Source: Candidatus Dojkabacteria bacterium (lineage in GTDB: Bacteria > Patescibacteriota > Dojkabacteria > SC72). From it: a DNA stretch of 46,168 bases. The position numbers were made by a program, and so were the translations under genes. Below are positions 27,576 to 35,816 of the stretch, piece after piece. The first letter of the stretch is position 1; each line of letters begins with the position of its first letter. A model generated the notes under the pieces. It saw nothing but the letters and a program-made list of their open reading frames with translations, was not told where the DNA came from and made no database searches. The DNA lies in contig JAAZBX010000010.1 in assembly GCA_012513575.1 (NCBI GenBank), forward strand, positions 1 to 46,168, read 5' to 3'.

Positions 27576-30034
27576 TGAATAAAAGAACTGCCATTAAAGT
27601 ACTGTTTTTTGTGATTGTTTCTTTTTTTGTCTTGAATAAAGTTTCTTTGGCCCAAAATATTGAAACCTCTGTTACTGTTGGTACTGATACATTCTCACAA
27701 TTAGGTTTAAGTCCTCAGAATGTAGAGATTGCAGAGAAGTCAGAGGTGTTAATAACCGCTTACAATGGAGACGGTACTCCTAAGGTTAATAGAACAATTC
27801 AAATATATGTTGATGGTGATTCTTCAAGTGTTTTCATAGTGCAACCTCCTCCGACCGATACAAATGGAAAAACAAGTGGGGAGATTAGTGCCTCGGTAGC
27901 TGGTACTTATCGTGTTTGTGGTAGAGATATAACTGGTGGTATTTCTGTTGATATTCAACAATGTGAGATGTTGTATGTAACTCCTGTCGCAGTTCCGACA
28001 ATGGTTTCTGAGCCTCAGTATACCGTTGGGACTTCAAATACTGTGTCATGGGGAATATCTGGAACAAACTCGTATGAATACTATGTTGAAGTAAGCACTG
28101 GTCCAGATTTTTCTAGTATCGTTGGGAGTAGTGGGTGGATTTCTACTTTGAGTACAACTTTTAGTAACCTTTCAAGTGGTCAGATTTACTACTACCGAGT
28201 AAAAGCAAGGAACCAATCAGGGGGAGAGAGTGGTTGGTCAAACTACGTATACTCTGTGCAAGAAGCAAGTGCACCTGAGATTACCCTTTTGAGTGTTGTT
28301 AAGCCTTCTAATGTTACAACTGAAAACTTTAACCCCACCCTTCCAGTTACAATTACTTACAGAATTGAGGATAACATGAGTGTCGCCTCAAGAGAGATTT
28401 GGGTGATTTTACCTTCTGGAGAGAAAGTATCAGTTCCTTTCACAACAGTATTGAATGGCAATGTTTGGACTGTAAATATTTTGTTAGGTGATTTGCCTAA
28501 GGATTCACAAGGGAATCTTTTTACGGCTTACAGTTTCTATATTGAAGCGACTGATAATATGGGTAATATGAGTTGGGATAATAGCGCAAGTGTAAATTTC
28601 CCAATTCCATATGTTCCTCCTGTAATTCCTCCGGAGCAACCCCCTGTTGCAGAGAAACCATCAAATCCCGGTGTGCCTGTAAAATTATCAGAAGATGATG
28701 ATAATACCCCAACTTGGACATGGGTTCCTTCATATGGGAAAGATGGGACATTGATAACGAAGTATATTGTAGAATGGTGCTTGGATTTAAATTTTAAGGG
28801 TTGTGAATCGCAATCTATTGAGATTGATTCTAATTCCTTTACTCATTCGACTCCCCTTGGGTTAGGAGAGTGGTTCTTAAGAGTAAGGGCTGTTGGAGAT
28901 GGTGATTTAGTAAGTGATTGGGTTGTGGTAAATTTCTCTGTTTTAGAAAAAAAGGAGGGAGGTGAAGATAGTGAGGAACCCACTAATCCTCCAACTGAAG
29001 AGCCTGAGAAACCAACAAATTGGTTTGTTACAAAAGTTACAGAGCCGGTGAAGCAGTCTGTAGAAAAAGTACTGGAAAATACTGTCGGTAAATTAGATCA
29101 GAAGACTGCACAGGTATTTACAGTAAGTACTGTTGTTACAAATGTGGCTGTTGGTATGGGTTTAATTATCAATATGCTTGGAACTATTCCTTATCTTCTA
29201 GTACAAACATCCTTGGCGTTCTTGAGTTTAATAGGATTTAGGGTAAAAGGTAATCTGTCTGGATATGTATATGATTCAGTTACAAAAGATCCAATTAAGC
29301 AGGCAATTATAAGGATCTTTAATGAGAAAAACGTGTTGGTTTGGACCGATGTATCTGACTACAAAGGAAGATTTAGAAGTCCTGATTTGGAAAGTGGGAA
29401 ATACTACATTAAAGTAACTGGGAGGGATTACAAATACCCGTCATCTATCGTAGTAGGAGAGACAGACTTTCCTTTGGAGAATATATATAGGGGAGGAATC
29501 TTTGAAGTCAAGGATGGTAATATACCTAAATTTTCAATCCCTCTTGACCAATCAGAGTTAAGTACCGTAAAAATCCTAAGTGAGAGATTCTTTTCTAGAA
29601 GTAAATGGTTTTGGAAACCACTACATTTTGGAGTTTTTGTATTAGGACTGGCATTTAGTGCTTATGCTGTTAAGGTGAATCCTATATGGTGGAACTACCT
29701 AATTTTGTTTATGTATATTCCCTCTTTAGTTTTGTTGCTTTTTTCATTGTTTGGAAAGAAAGAGAAGTATGGATATGTTAAGGGAGAAGAGAAGAACTTG
29801 CTTGCGGGCGTTACTGTGCATCTTCTTGATAGTGAATTTGAGAAGGTAGTTTCAACAAGAGTTACTGATGATAGAGGGAGATACAGGTTCTTGGTAGATA
29901 GGGGGATTTATACCATTGAGGTTGCAGATAAGAGATATGTTTTGCAGAAGCCAGACGAATACAGGAGTATAAAGATAAAGAAAGAGACTTCATTTGTACT
30001 TTGTCCAAATCTTATTGTGAAGAGAAGAGTATAG
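27575..30034 (+). CDS. Large membrane-anchored surface protein (Ig-like, FN3 and carboxypeptidase-regulatory-like domains)
   Basis: Signal peptide; TDTNGKT Ig-like segment; FN3 signature YYYRVKARN...SGWS; Pro-rich linkers; TM segments; two prealbumin-like repeats (SDYKGRFR, TDDRGRYRF). Confidence 0.75.
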   Translation: MNKRTAIKVLFFVIVSFFVLNKVSLAQNIETSVTVGTDTFSQLGLSPQNVEIAEKSEVLITAYNGDGTPKVNRTIQIYVDGDSSSVFIVQPPPTDTNGKTSGEISASVAGTYRVCGRDITGGISVDIQQCEMLYVTPVAVPTMVSEPQYTVGTSNTVSWGISGTNSYEYYVEVSTGPDFSSIVGSSGWISTLSTTFSNLSSGQIYYYRVKARNQSGGESGWSNYVYSVQEASAPEITLLSVVKPSNVTTENFNPTLPVTITYRIEDNMSVASREIWVILPSGEKVSVPFTTVLNGNVWTVNILLGDLPKDSQGNLFTAYSFYIEATDNMGNMSWDNSASVNFPIPYVPPVIPPEQPPVAEKPSNPGVPVKLSEDDDNTPTWTWVPSYGKDGTLITKYIVEWCLDLNFKGCESQSIEIDSNSFTHSTPLGLGEWFLRVRAVGDGDLVSDWVVVNFSVLEKKEGGEDSEEPTNPPTEEPEKPTNWFVTKVTEPVKQSVEKVLENTVGKLDQKTAQVFTVSTVVTNVAVGMGLIINMLGTIPYLLVQTSLAFLSLIGFRVKGNLSGYVYDSVTKDPIKQAIIRIFNEKNVLVWTDVSDYKGRFRSPDLESGKYYIKVTGRDYKYPSSIVVGETDFPLENIYRGGIFEVKDGNIPKFSIPLDQSELSTVKILSERFFSRSKWFWKPLHFGVFVLGLAFSAYAVKVNPIWWNYLILFMYIPSLVLLLFSLFGKKEKYGYVKGEEKNLLAGVTVHLLDSEFEKVVSTRVTDDRGRYRFLVDRGIYTIEVADKRYVLQKPDEYRSIKIKKETSFVLCPNLIVKRRV

Positions 30035-30042
30035 ATTAAGTA

Positions 30043-30071
30043 TTGAAAAATCTGCGTTATATTACTATAAT
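30043..30071 (+). promoter_or_regulatory. Sigma70 promoter for tRNA-Lys
   Basis: TTGAAA (30043-30048), a 17-nt spacer, then TATAAT (30066-30071). Confidence 0.75.
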
Positions 30072-30085
30072 CTTGATTGTTTTAT

Positions 30086-30161
30086 GGGTGTATAGCTCAA
30101 TTGGTAGAGCAAACGACTCTTAATCGTTTGGTTCGGGGTTCGAGTCCCCGTACACCCACCA
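30086..30161 (+). tRNA. tRNA-Lys (anticodon CTT), CCA encoded
   Basis: Acceptor GGGTGTA/TACACCC, D-arm AGCTCAATTGGTAGAGC, anticodon arm AACGA-CTCTTAA-TCGTT, T-arm CGGGG-TTCGAGT-CCCCG, then ACCA; 76 nt. Confidence 0.97.
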
Positions 30162-30173
30162 TTCCCAAGTTAT

Positions 30174-30182
30174 TGGTATAAT
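30174..30182 (+). promoter_or_regulatory. Extended -10 element (TGGTATAAT) upstream of the tRNA-like RNA
   Basis: TG-G-TATAAT ends at 30182; the first paired base of the structured RNA (30188) lies 6 nt downstream. Confidence 0.65.
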
Positions 30183-30187
30183 TAATA

Positions 30188-30297
30188 GTAGGTTGGTTGA
30201 GAGTTGGAGAAGCTCTCCCAGTTATTGAAAAATAACTTGCGATGTTGAGTCATCTAAAGGTTTATTCCTGATAGCGGTGCAAGTCCGACAACCTACA
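30188..30297 (+). ncRNA. tRNA-like structured RNA (atypical; about 110 nt)
   Basis: 8-bp closing stem GTAGGTTG/CAACCTAC plus discriminator-like A; hairpins GAGAG/CTCTC, AGTTATT-GAAA-AATAACT, GATG/CATC and AGG/CCT; T-like arm CGG-TGCAAGT-CCG. Confidence 0.6.
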
Positions 30298-30309
30298 AAT
30301 TAGAAATAT

Positions 30310-30777
30310 ATGTTAGATAAAAACACACTGAAAAAATTGTTAAGAGATTTTAATATCAAAGGATATGCTGATCCTAATTCGAAGTATGTAGAAAATGAAA
30401 AGAATGGGAAAGTACTGAAACTTACTATTGATGATTTTACATATGAAGATGAATATTATGGAGGAGAACCATATTCCGGTAATGAAACAATATGGGAAAA
30501 TGGTAAGGATATTTTTAGATGTGTATATTGGGGTAAGGTTGCTAAGGGTATTAATTTTTCTGACATTTATGATTTTTTAAGAAAAGCATTATCAAAAGGT
30601 CCTGATGGAGAATTGGTACATAGAGGACCAGAGGAATATGTTGAAGGAAATTTAAGATATACAAACAGTATAGAAGGAAATATTGAAGATTTTAGACAAG
30701 TAGAAAAAATATTTATGGACGAGAAAGAAGTATATGTTGCATATTTTGTAGGTGGTAGGGTTAATGTTCAGAAATAA
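30310..30777 (+). CDS. DUF5680-like protein
   Basis: YEDEYYGGEPYSGNETIWENGKDIFRCVYWG, FLRKAL, HRGPEEY and EGNIEDF..VEKIF pattern recalled for DUF5680. Confidence 0.65.
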   Translation: MLDKNTLKKLLRDFNIKGYADPNSKYVENEKNGKVLKLTIDDFTYEDEYYGGEPYSGNETIWENGKDIFRCVYWGKVAKGINFSDIYDFLRKALSKGPDGELVHRGPEEYVEGNLRYTNSIEGNIEDFRQVEKIFMDEKEVYVAYFVGGRVNVQK

Positions 30778-30902
30778 ATAGTAGGAAAAATATTATCAAA
30801 TTTCTAACCTTGATGACCTATAGAATTTTCCAATATTTTTATATATAATTACATGTTCTTTAAAATCGTACTAGCAGATTAGAAAATATCTCAGGAGGTG
30901 AG

Positions 30903-31343
30903 ATGAAAACGATAGATTTAGTATGGATACTAGCCGTATGTTGCTTTGTATTACTTATTTGGGCAATAAGTACCACAAGAATTGCAAAGCGTCCACTTAA
31001 GTATTTTACAGTTGTGAACAACAGTCTCTTGGATAAGGAATTCCTTGTCAAGAAAAAACACTTGAGATTTCTTTTGTTATTTGATCCCCATGCAGCCCCT
31101 TTGATTAAAATTTACATTAAAGATGAGAATCTATTAATCAAATGGAGATATTGGAAAGATGAAGAATGGAATCCTATATATAATCGAATGGGTTATTCAA
31201 TTCTTTTCGAGAAGGGTGGTTTACCAATTGATTTTAAGAAAGATCAAATCTTTTTAATTGATATTGTTAGGGAAAAATCCACAAGAAAGAAACTAACAAT
31301 CCGTTCAAGAGCAAAATCTATCAGCATGATAGATCCATCTTAA
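30903..31343 (+). CDS. Hypothetical protein with an N-terminal TM anchor
   Basis: 146-aa ORF preceded by a strong SD (AGGAGGTG, 30893-30900) and starting with a hydrophobic helix. Confidence 0.65.
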   Translation: MKTIDLVWILAVCCFVLLIWAISTTRIAKRPLKYFTVVNNSLLDKEFLVKKKHLRFLLLFDPHAAPLIKIYIKDENLLIKWRYWKDEEWNPIYNRMGYSILFEKGGLPIDFKKDQIFLIDIVREKSTRKKLTIRSRAKSISMIDPS

Positions 31344-31356
31344 ATAGTACGAAACC

Positions 31357-31415
31357 CATGAGGTTATACAATTGGCCATAAGCCAAAATACTTTTTAAGT
31401 ATGTATAACCTCATG
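31357..31415. terminator. 14-bp perfect inverted repeat between convergent genes (probable bidirectional terminator or small structured element)
   Basis: CATGAGGTTATACA (31357-31370) and TGTATAACCTCATG (31402-31415), ending right at the Elp3 stop codon. Confidence 0.6.
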
Positions 31416-33056
31416 TCAAATCCCTTTAAACATATACAAATCATCTCTCTTGTATCCCAACTTCTTGTAATACTCCCTTGTACCTATTGCTGATATAACA
31501 GATATCTTTTTGAACCCTTTCTTTTTTGAAATATTCTCAGCTAACAAAACTAATTCCTTACCCAAACCCAAATGTTGAGACTCTCCTTCCTTACTCTCCT
31601 TGTCTATACCCACAACCTTCCCATACACATGTACCTCTCTAATAATGGAACTGTTACTCAATTCCTCCAGAGGATGATTCTTTGAAATGTTCTTTTTTGG
31701 TAAAGACAATCTCAAAAAACCACAAATCTTGTCTTCTGATTTAATATTGTAAGAAAGAAAAACCTCTCTACCTGTAGAAGTATTGTATTCAATCTTTTCT
31801 AAAACAATATCCTCTCTTCTCACATCCTCCCCCTTAATTTCTCTACTTCGAATATCTTCAGGCTCAATACCTTTCTTTCTCAAATACTCTTCTACAATTT
31901 GCCTAAGATTTGTTCTCTTGTTACCAGCAACAATCTCTTGAGAAGGGATATCCCTAATCACTCGTGACAACCTACAATATCTTGGAGTGGAGGCAATACA
32001 CTCACTTACTACCTCAACTAAAGTTTCTTCTGTATATGGTTTGTATTTACCTTTCTTGTACAAATCAAAAAGCTCAGTATTCGGAATAACGGAGGTAGGG
32101 TAAATCTTCATCTCATCAGGATGATATGGAGTTGTAAACAATTCCTTGTATCCTCGAATATCTTCCTTTTCAGTAGAAAGATACAAATTAGGCATCCAAT
32201 GACCATGTATTTTGAATCCAAACAGTCTCAACAACTCAAAAGCTCTCTTTGTATCCTCAACACTTCTCCCCGTCTCATTCTCTCTTAATACTTTTTCAGA
32301 AAGTGATTGAATTCCGATTTGTATCTTTGTAGCTCCAAGTCTTCTTAAATATATTAATTCACCATTTGAAAGAAAATCTGGTCTAGTTTCCAAAACCAAT
32401 CCAACATTTCTACAATATGCCTTCTCGTTTTTGATTTGTTCCTTTTCTAATTCCTCAAAGGATGAAATCTCAAAACCAGAATCCCTTGGCTCAATATATT
32501 CCTTAGAACTTTTTTTCATATCATTCAATGCTCTAAACATCTCTTTTACAAACCATATTTTGTATTCTCCAGAGTATGCGGAGAATGTCCCTCCAAGAAC
32601 AATCAATTCAATTTTCTCAATATTGTGTCCTACATTTTTGAGTGCGATTAATCTGTTAAACACCTGAGCATATGGATCGAATTTCATCTTCAATGCTCTT
32701 TGACCACCTGGTTCCGAAGCTATGTAGCTCTTAGGCATACTTCTGTCATTCGGACAAAAGATACAATTTCCTGGACAGTAGTAAGGCATCATCATTACTG
32801 TTACAACGGATACGCCAGAATTTGTTCTAGTAGGTTTCAATCGAATCCTTTTCTCAATTAAGGATATATTCTTTTTTGAAAAATCTTTTTTGACAATCAC
32901 AAACATCTTTACAAGTTCATCATTTCTGTAAAGTTGTCCATCATTTTTTTTGAATTTCCTAAGTATTTTGTTCAAGGAATTCTGATTCCACTTTTCTTCA
33001 GAAGCAATATTCTCAAAAAGTTCTTTAAATTTTTCTTTTTCTGTAATTTCTTTCAT
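31416..33056 (-). CDS. elp3: Elp3-family radical SAM/GNAT tRNA U34 carboxymethyltransferase
   Basis: TNSGVSVVTVM, CPGNCIFCP, PKSYIASEPG, KIELIVLGGTF, LETRPD, IREVHVYG, QHLGLGK and ISAIGTREYYKKLGY motifs. Confidence 0.95.
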   Translation of the reverse strand: MKEITEKEKFKELFENIASEEKWNQNSLNKILRKFKKNDGQLYRNDELVKMFVIVKKDFSKKNISLIEKRIRLKPTRTNSGVSVVTVMMMPYYCPGNCIFCPNDRSMPKSYIASEPGGQRALKMKFDPYAQVFNRLIALKNVGHNIEKIELIVLGGTFSAYSGEYKIWFVKEMFRALNDMKKSSKEYIEPRDSGFEISSFEELEKEQIKNEKAYCRNVGLVLETRPDFLSNGELIYLRRLGATKIQIGIQSLSEKVLRENETGRSVEDTKRAFELLRLFGFKIHGHWMPNLYLSTEKEDIRGYKELFTTPYHPDEMKIYPTSVIPNTELFDLYKKGKYKPYTEETLVEVVSECIASTPRYCRLSRVIRDIPSQEIVAGNKRTNLRQIVEEYLRKKGIEPEDIRSREIKGEDVRREDIVLEKIEYNTSTGREVFLSYNIKSEDKICGFLRLSLPKKNISKNHPLEELSNSSIIREVHVYGKVVGIDKESKEGESQHLGLGKELVLLAENISKKKGFKKISVISAIGTREYYKKLGYKRDDLYMFKGI

Positions 33057-33103
33057 ATATTTGATATCCTTGTATTATCTAACATTTAAGCAATACTTAC
33101 CAC

Positions 33104-33718
33104 ATGAGTAAACCAAAATTAACACAAGAGAGAACATTGGTTTTGATTAAACCAGATGTACTTCAAAGACAGATAGTAGGAGAAATTATTTCAAGATTTG
33201 AAAGAAAGGGTGTAAAGATTACTGCGATAAAGATGGTTAATGCTACAAAAGAGCAGGTGGGAGAACATTACGAAGGAAAGGAAGCATATTTAATTGAAAC
33301 TGGAGAGAAAGCAAAAAAGGGTGCAATAGCAAGAGGTGAGGATGTGTCTGATTGGAATTCACTTGAGAAAGGGAAACAGATTAGGCAGAGAAATATTAAC
33401 TACCTTACATGTGGTCCCATTATTGCAATTGTGTTTGAGGGTTTCGGAGTTATTTCTCAAGTTCGAAAGATTCTTGGAAGCACCAGTCCTGCAGAGGGTG
33501 ATATTGGCACTATTAGAAATGATTACTCCTTAGATACATATGCACTGGCTGATTTTATAGATAGGTCTACTATGACAATGTTACATGCGTCAGATTCAGT
33601 AGAGAATGCAGAGAGGGAGATAAAGATATGGTTTAAGGAGAGTGAAATTTGTAATGATTACGAAACGGGTGTAGAGAAAATTTTCTATGACAGTGAATGG
33701 AGTCACAAAAAGAATTAG
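33104..33718 (+). CDS. ndk: Nucleoside-diphosphate kinase
   Basis: ERTLVLIKPD, GEIISRFERKG, GTIRNDY and LHASDS (phospho-His). Confidence 0.95.
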   Translation: MSKPKLTQERTLVLIKPDVLQRQIVGEIISRFERKGVKITAIKMVNATKEQVGEHYEGKEAYLIETGEKAKKGAIARGEDVSDWNSLEKGKQIRQRNINYLTCGPIIAIVFEGFGVISQVRKILGSTSPAEGDIGTIRNDYSLDTYALADFIDRSTMTMLHASDSVENAEREIKIWFKESEICNDYETGVEKIFYDSEWSHKKN

Positions 33719-34329
33719 AGTTGTAAAATTGCATCAATCTCTTCCTGCTTAGCTTTACTGACTTTAGGTCTGTTATCTAAGAAATTCTTTAATTGTTTAA
33801 AATCTTTTTTTAGTACATCTCTCAAGTTAGGATTGTAGAGTGCAGCAGCTGGGTGATACATTGCAAAGACAGGTATGCCAGTAGGATGTTCAAATGATTG
33901 ACCGTGTGAGGCAGTAATTCCTGCATCTGGTACAAATCTTCCTAATGCATGCCTACCTAAGGTTACAATTACTCTTGGTTTTACAAAAAGTAATTCAGCA
34001 TTCAACCAAACTCTACAAGCATCTTTCTCATCTTCCTGTGGTTCTCTATTGTTTGGTGGCCTGTACTTTACAACATTGCTTACATACACTTCCTCACGAG
34101 AGAATCCAATACTCTTGAGAAGCTCGTCTAGGAATTTACCAGCAGAACCAACAAAGGGTCTACCCTGTAAATCTTCATTTCTTCCTGGAGCTTCTCCTAT
34201 GAGAAGAATTCCTGAGGAGGGTGTGGTAATTTCATATACTGGTTGAGTAGCTAATTCCTTTAATCCACAAGCGTTGTGAACAGCGTAGTATTCGTGTAGC
34301 TCTTTTAGTGTTTTGAAATCTGTTTTCAT
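33715..34329 (-). CDS. Family-4 uracil-DNA glycosylase
   Basis: IGEAPGRNEDLQGRPFVG, SNVVKYRPPNNREP, VTLGRHA and MYHPAA motifs. Confidence 0.93.
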   Translation of the reverse strand: MKTDFKTLKELHEYYAVHNACGLKELATQPVYEITTPSSGILLIGEAPGRNEDLQGRPFVGSAGKFLDELLKSIGFSREEVYVSNVVKYRPPNNREPQEDEKDACRVWLNAELLFVKPRVIVTLGRHALGRFVPDAGITASHGQSFEHPTGIPVFAMYHPAAALYNPNLRDVLKKDFKQLKNFLDNRPKVSKAKQEEIDAILQL

Positions 34330-34335
34330 TCTTTC

Positions 34336-34344
34336 ATTATATCA
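34336..34344 (-). promoter_or_regulatory. Extended -10 element, leaderless promoter for the UDG gene
   Basis: The minus strand reads TGATATAAT, then 6 nt, then ATG (34329); no SD sequence. Confidence 0.6.
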
Positions 34345-34452
34345 TTTTTGTAATTTAAGAAGTTGAGGGACCTATAGTAGGTATGGTATAATATAAGTAG
34401 TATGAGGCAAATGCTTCTACAAAAATCCATAGCTCTTTAGAAAGGAAATAAG

Positions 34453-34731
34453 ATGAAAAGCAAGTTGTTCTTTATCGTAACTGTATTGTTACTCCTGATT
34501 GGGGTAGTCGGCTGTACTTCAGATTATGGTTCTGAAGCTTTTAGGTCTGAAAAAGACAAGGGAGGATATGTTTGCTTAGTTGGGCAGCAAGGAGATGTAT
34601 ACTTTAAATATATTCAATTTGTTGAATTGCCCATTTATAACGAGGCGACTCGTTATTTTGAAGCTACAAGTGTAGAAGGAACAGAATATAGTTTTTATAA
34701 TGTATCTTTATACTGTTATCCTGCAGATTAA
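34453..34731 (+). CDS. Small putative lipoprotein
   Basis: MKSKLFFIVTVLLLLIGVVGC signal with a lipobox-like VVGC; upstream TGGTATAAT at 34384-34392 and an AAAGGA SD. Confidence 0.65.
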   Translation: MKSKLFFIVTVLLLLIGVVGCTSDYGSEAFRSEKDKGGYVCLVGQQGDVYFKYIQFVELPIYNEATRYFEATSVEGTEYSFYNVSLYCYPAD

Positions 34732-34760
34732 GCTTTTCTTTCAACTATTTTCTCTCCAAC

Positions 34761-34804
34761 AAAGCCTAGTGACTAAACACTTTTAAAAACAGTTGCTAGG
34801 CTTT
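34761..34804. terminator. Inverted repeat between convergent genes (probable bidirectional terminator)
   Basis: AAAGCCTAG (34761-34769) and CTAGGCTTT (34796-34804), touching the stop codon of the downstream dcd paralogue. Confidence 0.5.
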
Positions 34805-35256
34805 TACTTCTCTATACCCTTAGCCACCCAGAATGTAACCTGTCCTATCTTTGTATTAGGATATATCTTAACAGGTAGTACAACATGTAGTGTTAAAGTT
34901 GGTTTTTGTATTGAACCTAAGTCTATTAAATCTGCAGTAATATTTACAAATATTCCAAGTCTCCCTGTAGAAGATCTTCCCTTAATTATTGGAACAAAAT
35001 ATTTACTACCTATTGTTTCAACAGTTTTACCAATATATATTTTCTTTGGACTTAAAGTTAATCCTTGAGAAGGAATAACTACTTCTACTAACTCGTTGTC
35101 TTTAGTAGGATCCAAGACATCCTCTTTGTAGGTATACAAAACATTATCAATATGGAAATCATATGAGTTAGTTTCAATATCTTCTTCACTAAATGGATCA
35201 ATGATGATCCTTCCTTTTTCTACTTCTTTTTTTATTTGACTTCCTGTAAGAATCAT
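34804..35256 (-). CDS. dcd: dCTP deaminase/dUTPase-fold protein, paralogue A (C-terminal arm absent)
   Basis: MILTGSQI, NSYDFHI, GRSSTGRLG, TADLIDLG and IGQVTF motifs; 150 aa. Confidence 0.85.
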   Translation of the reverse strand: MILTGSQIKKEVEKGRIIIDPFSEEDIETNSYDFHIDNVLYTYKEDVLDPTKDNELVEVVIPSQGLTLSPKKIYIGKTVETIGSKYFVPIIKGRSSTGRLGIFVNITADLIDLGSIQKPTLTLHVVLPVKIYPNTKIGQVTFWVAKGIEK

Positions 35257-35774
35257 TTTGCTTTTTGATTATATAGCTGACTTGGGAAGGGTTCATTCTT
35301 TGTTGCGTAAAACTCAACATCTTCAATATTCTTTTCCCCCTTAGTGTCCCAAAATGTCACTTGGCCTATCTCCATATTAGGATATATTCTTAAATTTTGC
35401 ACGACAGTAATTTCCAGTGTCCACCTATGCTCTTTCCCCAATTGACCTAGATCTGCTGTAATCTGAAGAAACATTCCTAATTTTGCAATTCTGTTTCTTC
35501 CAATTAAGGAGGTTACATATTCTTTGCTTCCAATTGTCTCAACCGTTGTTCCAAGGTAAAGCCTTCTAGGTTCTAAAACATATCCCTTCTGTGGTATTTT
35601 AATTTTCCTTGTTTTCGGTTTCCTCTTCTTGTCCCCTACATCCAAGACTTCAACTAATGTATCTCCTAAATGATATACATAGCTGTTTGGCTTAATACAT
35701 TCCTCATCAAATGGTTTAATCACAATATTTCCATTCTTTACCTGTTTCTTAATTTCCTTCCCAGTAAGTATCAT
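35253..35774 (-). CDS. dcd: dCTP deaminase/dUTPase-fold protein, paralogue B
   Basis: MILTGKEI, PNSYVYHL, GRNRIAKLG, TADLGQLG, WTLEIT, IGQVTF and a C-terminal Y...P.PS.LY arm. Its stop overlaps the next start (ATGA, 35253-35256). Confidence 0.8.
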   Translation of the reverse strand: MILTGKEIKKQVKNGNIVIKPFDEECIKPNSYVYHLGDTLVEVLDVGDKKRKPKTRKIKIPQKGYVLEPRRLYLGTTVETIGSKEYVTSLIGRNRIAKLGMFLQITADLGQLGKEHRWTLEITVVQNLRIYPNMEIGQVTFWDTKGEKNIEDVEFYATKNEPFPSQLYNQKAK

Positions 35775-35816
35775 ATTTCATTATATATATTCCTCCATAT
35801 CGTGTAAAATATGCAT

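Noticed and set aside
30260-30297. The tRNA-like RNA as an attR duplicate of the tRNA-Lys 3' end (integrated element)
   Set aside because: Its 3' end (GCGGTGCAAGTCCGACAACCTAC) is not a near-identical copy of the tRNA-Lys 3' end (GGGGTTCGAGTCCCCGTACACCC), and there is no integrase nearby.
30188-30297. tmRNA, SRP RNA, canonical tRNA-Sec, or cobalamin riboswitch
   Set aside because: It is too short for tmRNA and has no tag ORF, lacks the SRP domain-IV motif, has no TCA anticodon, and shows only a T-loop-like motif without the other B12-box elements.
34396-34425. Riboswitch in the lipoprotein leader (GGCAAA-containing hairpin)
   Set aside because: It is a single small hairpin without the second stem or conserved partners of a c-di-GMP-I aptamer; likely an ordinary 5' UTR stem.
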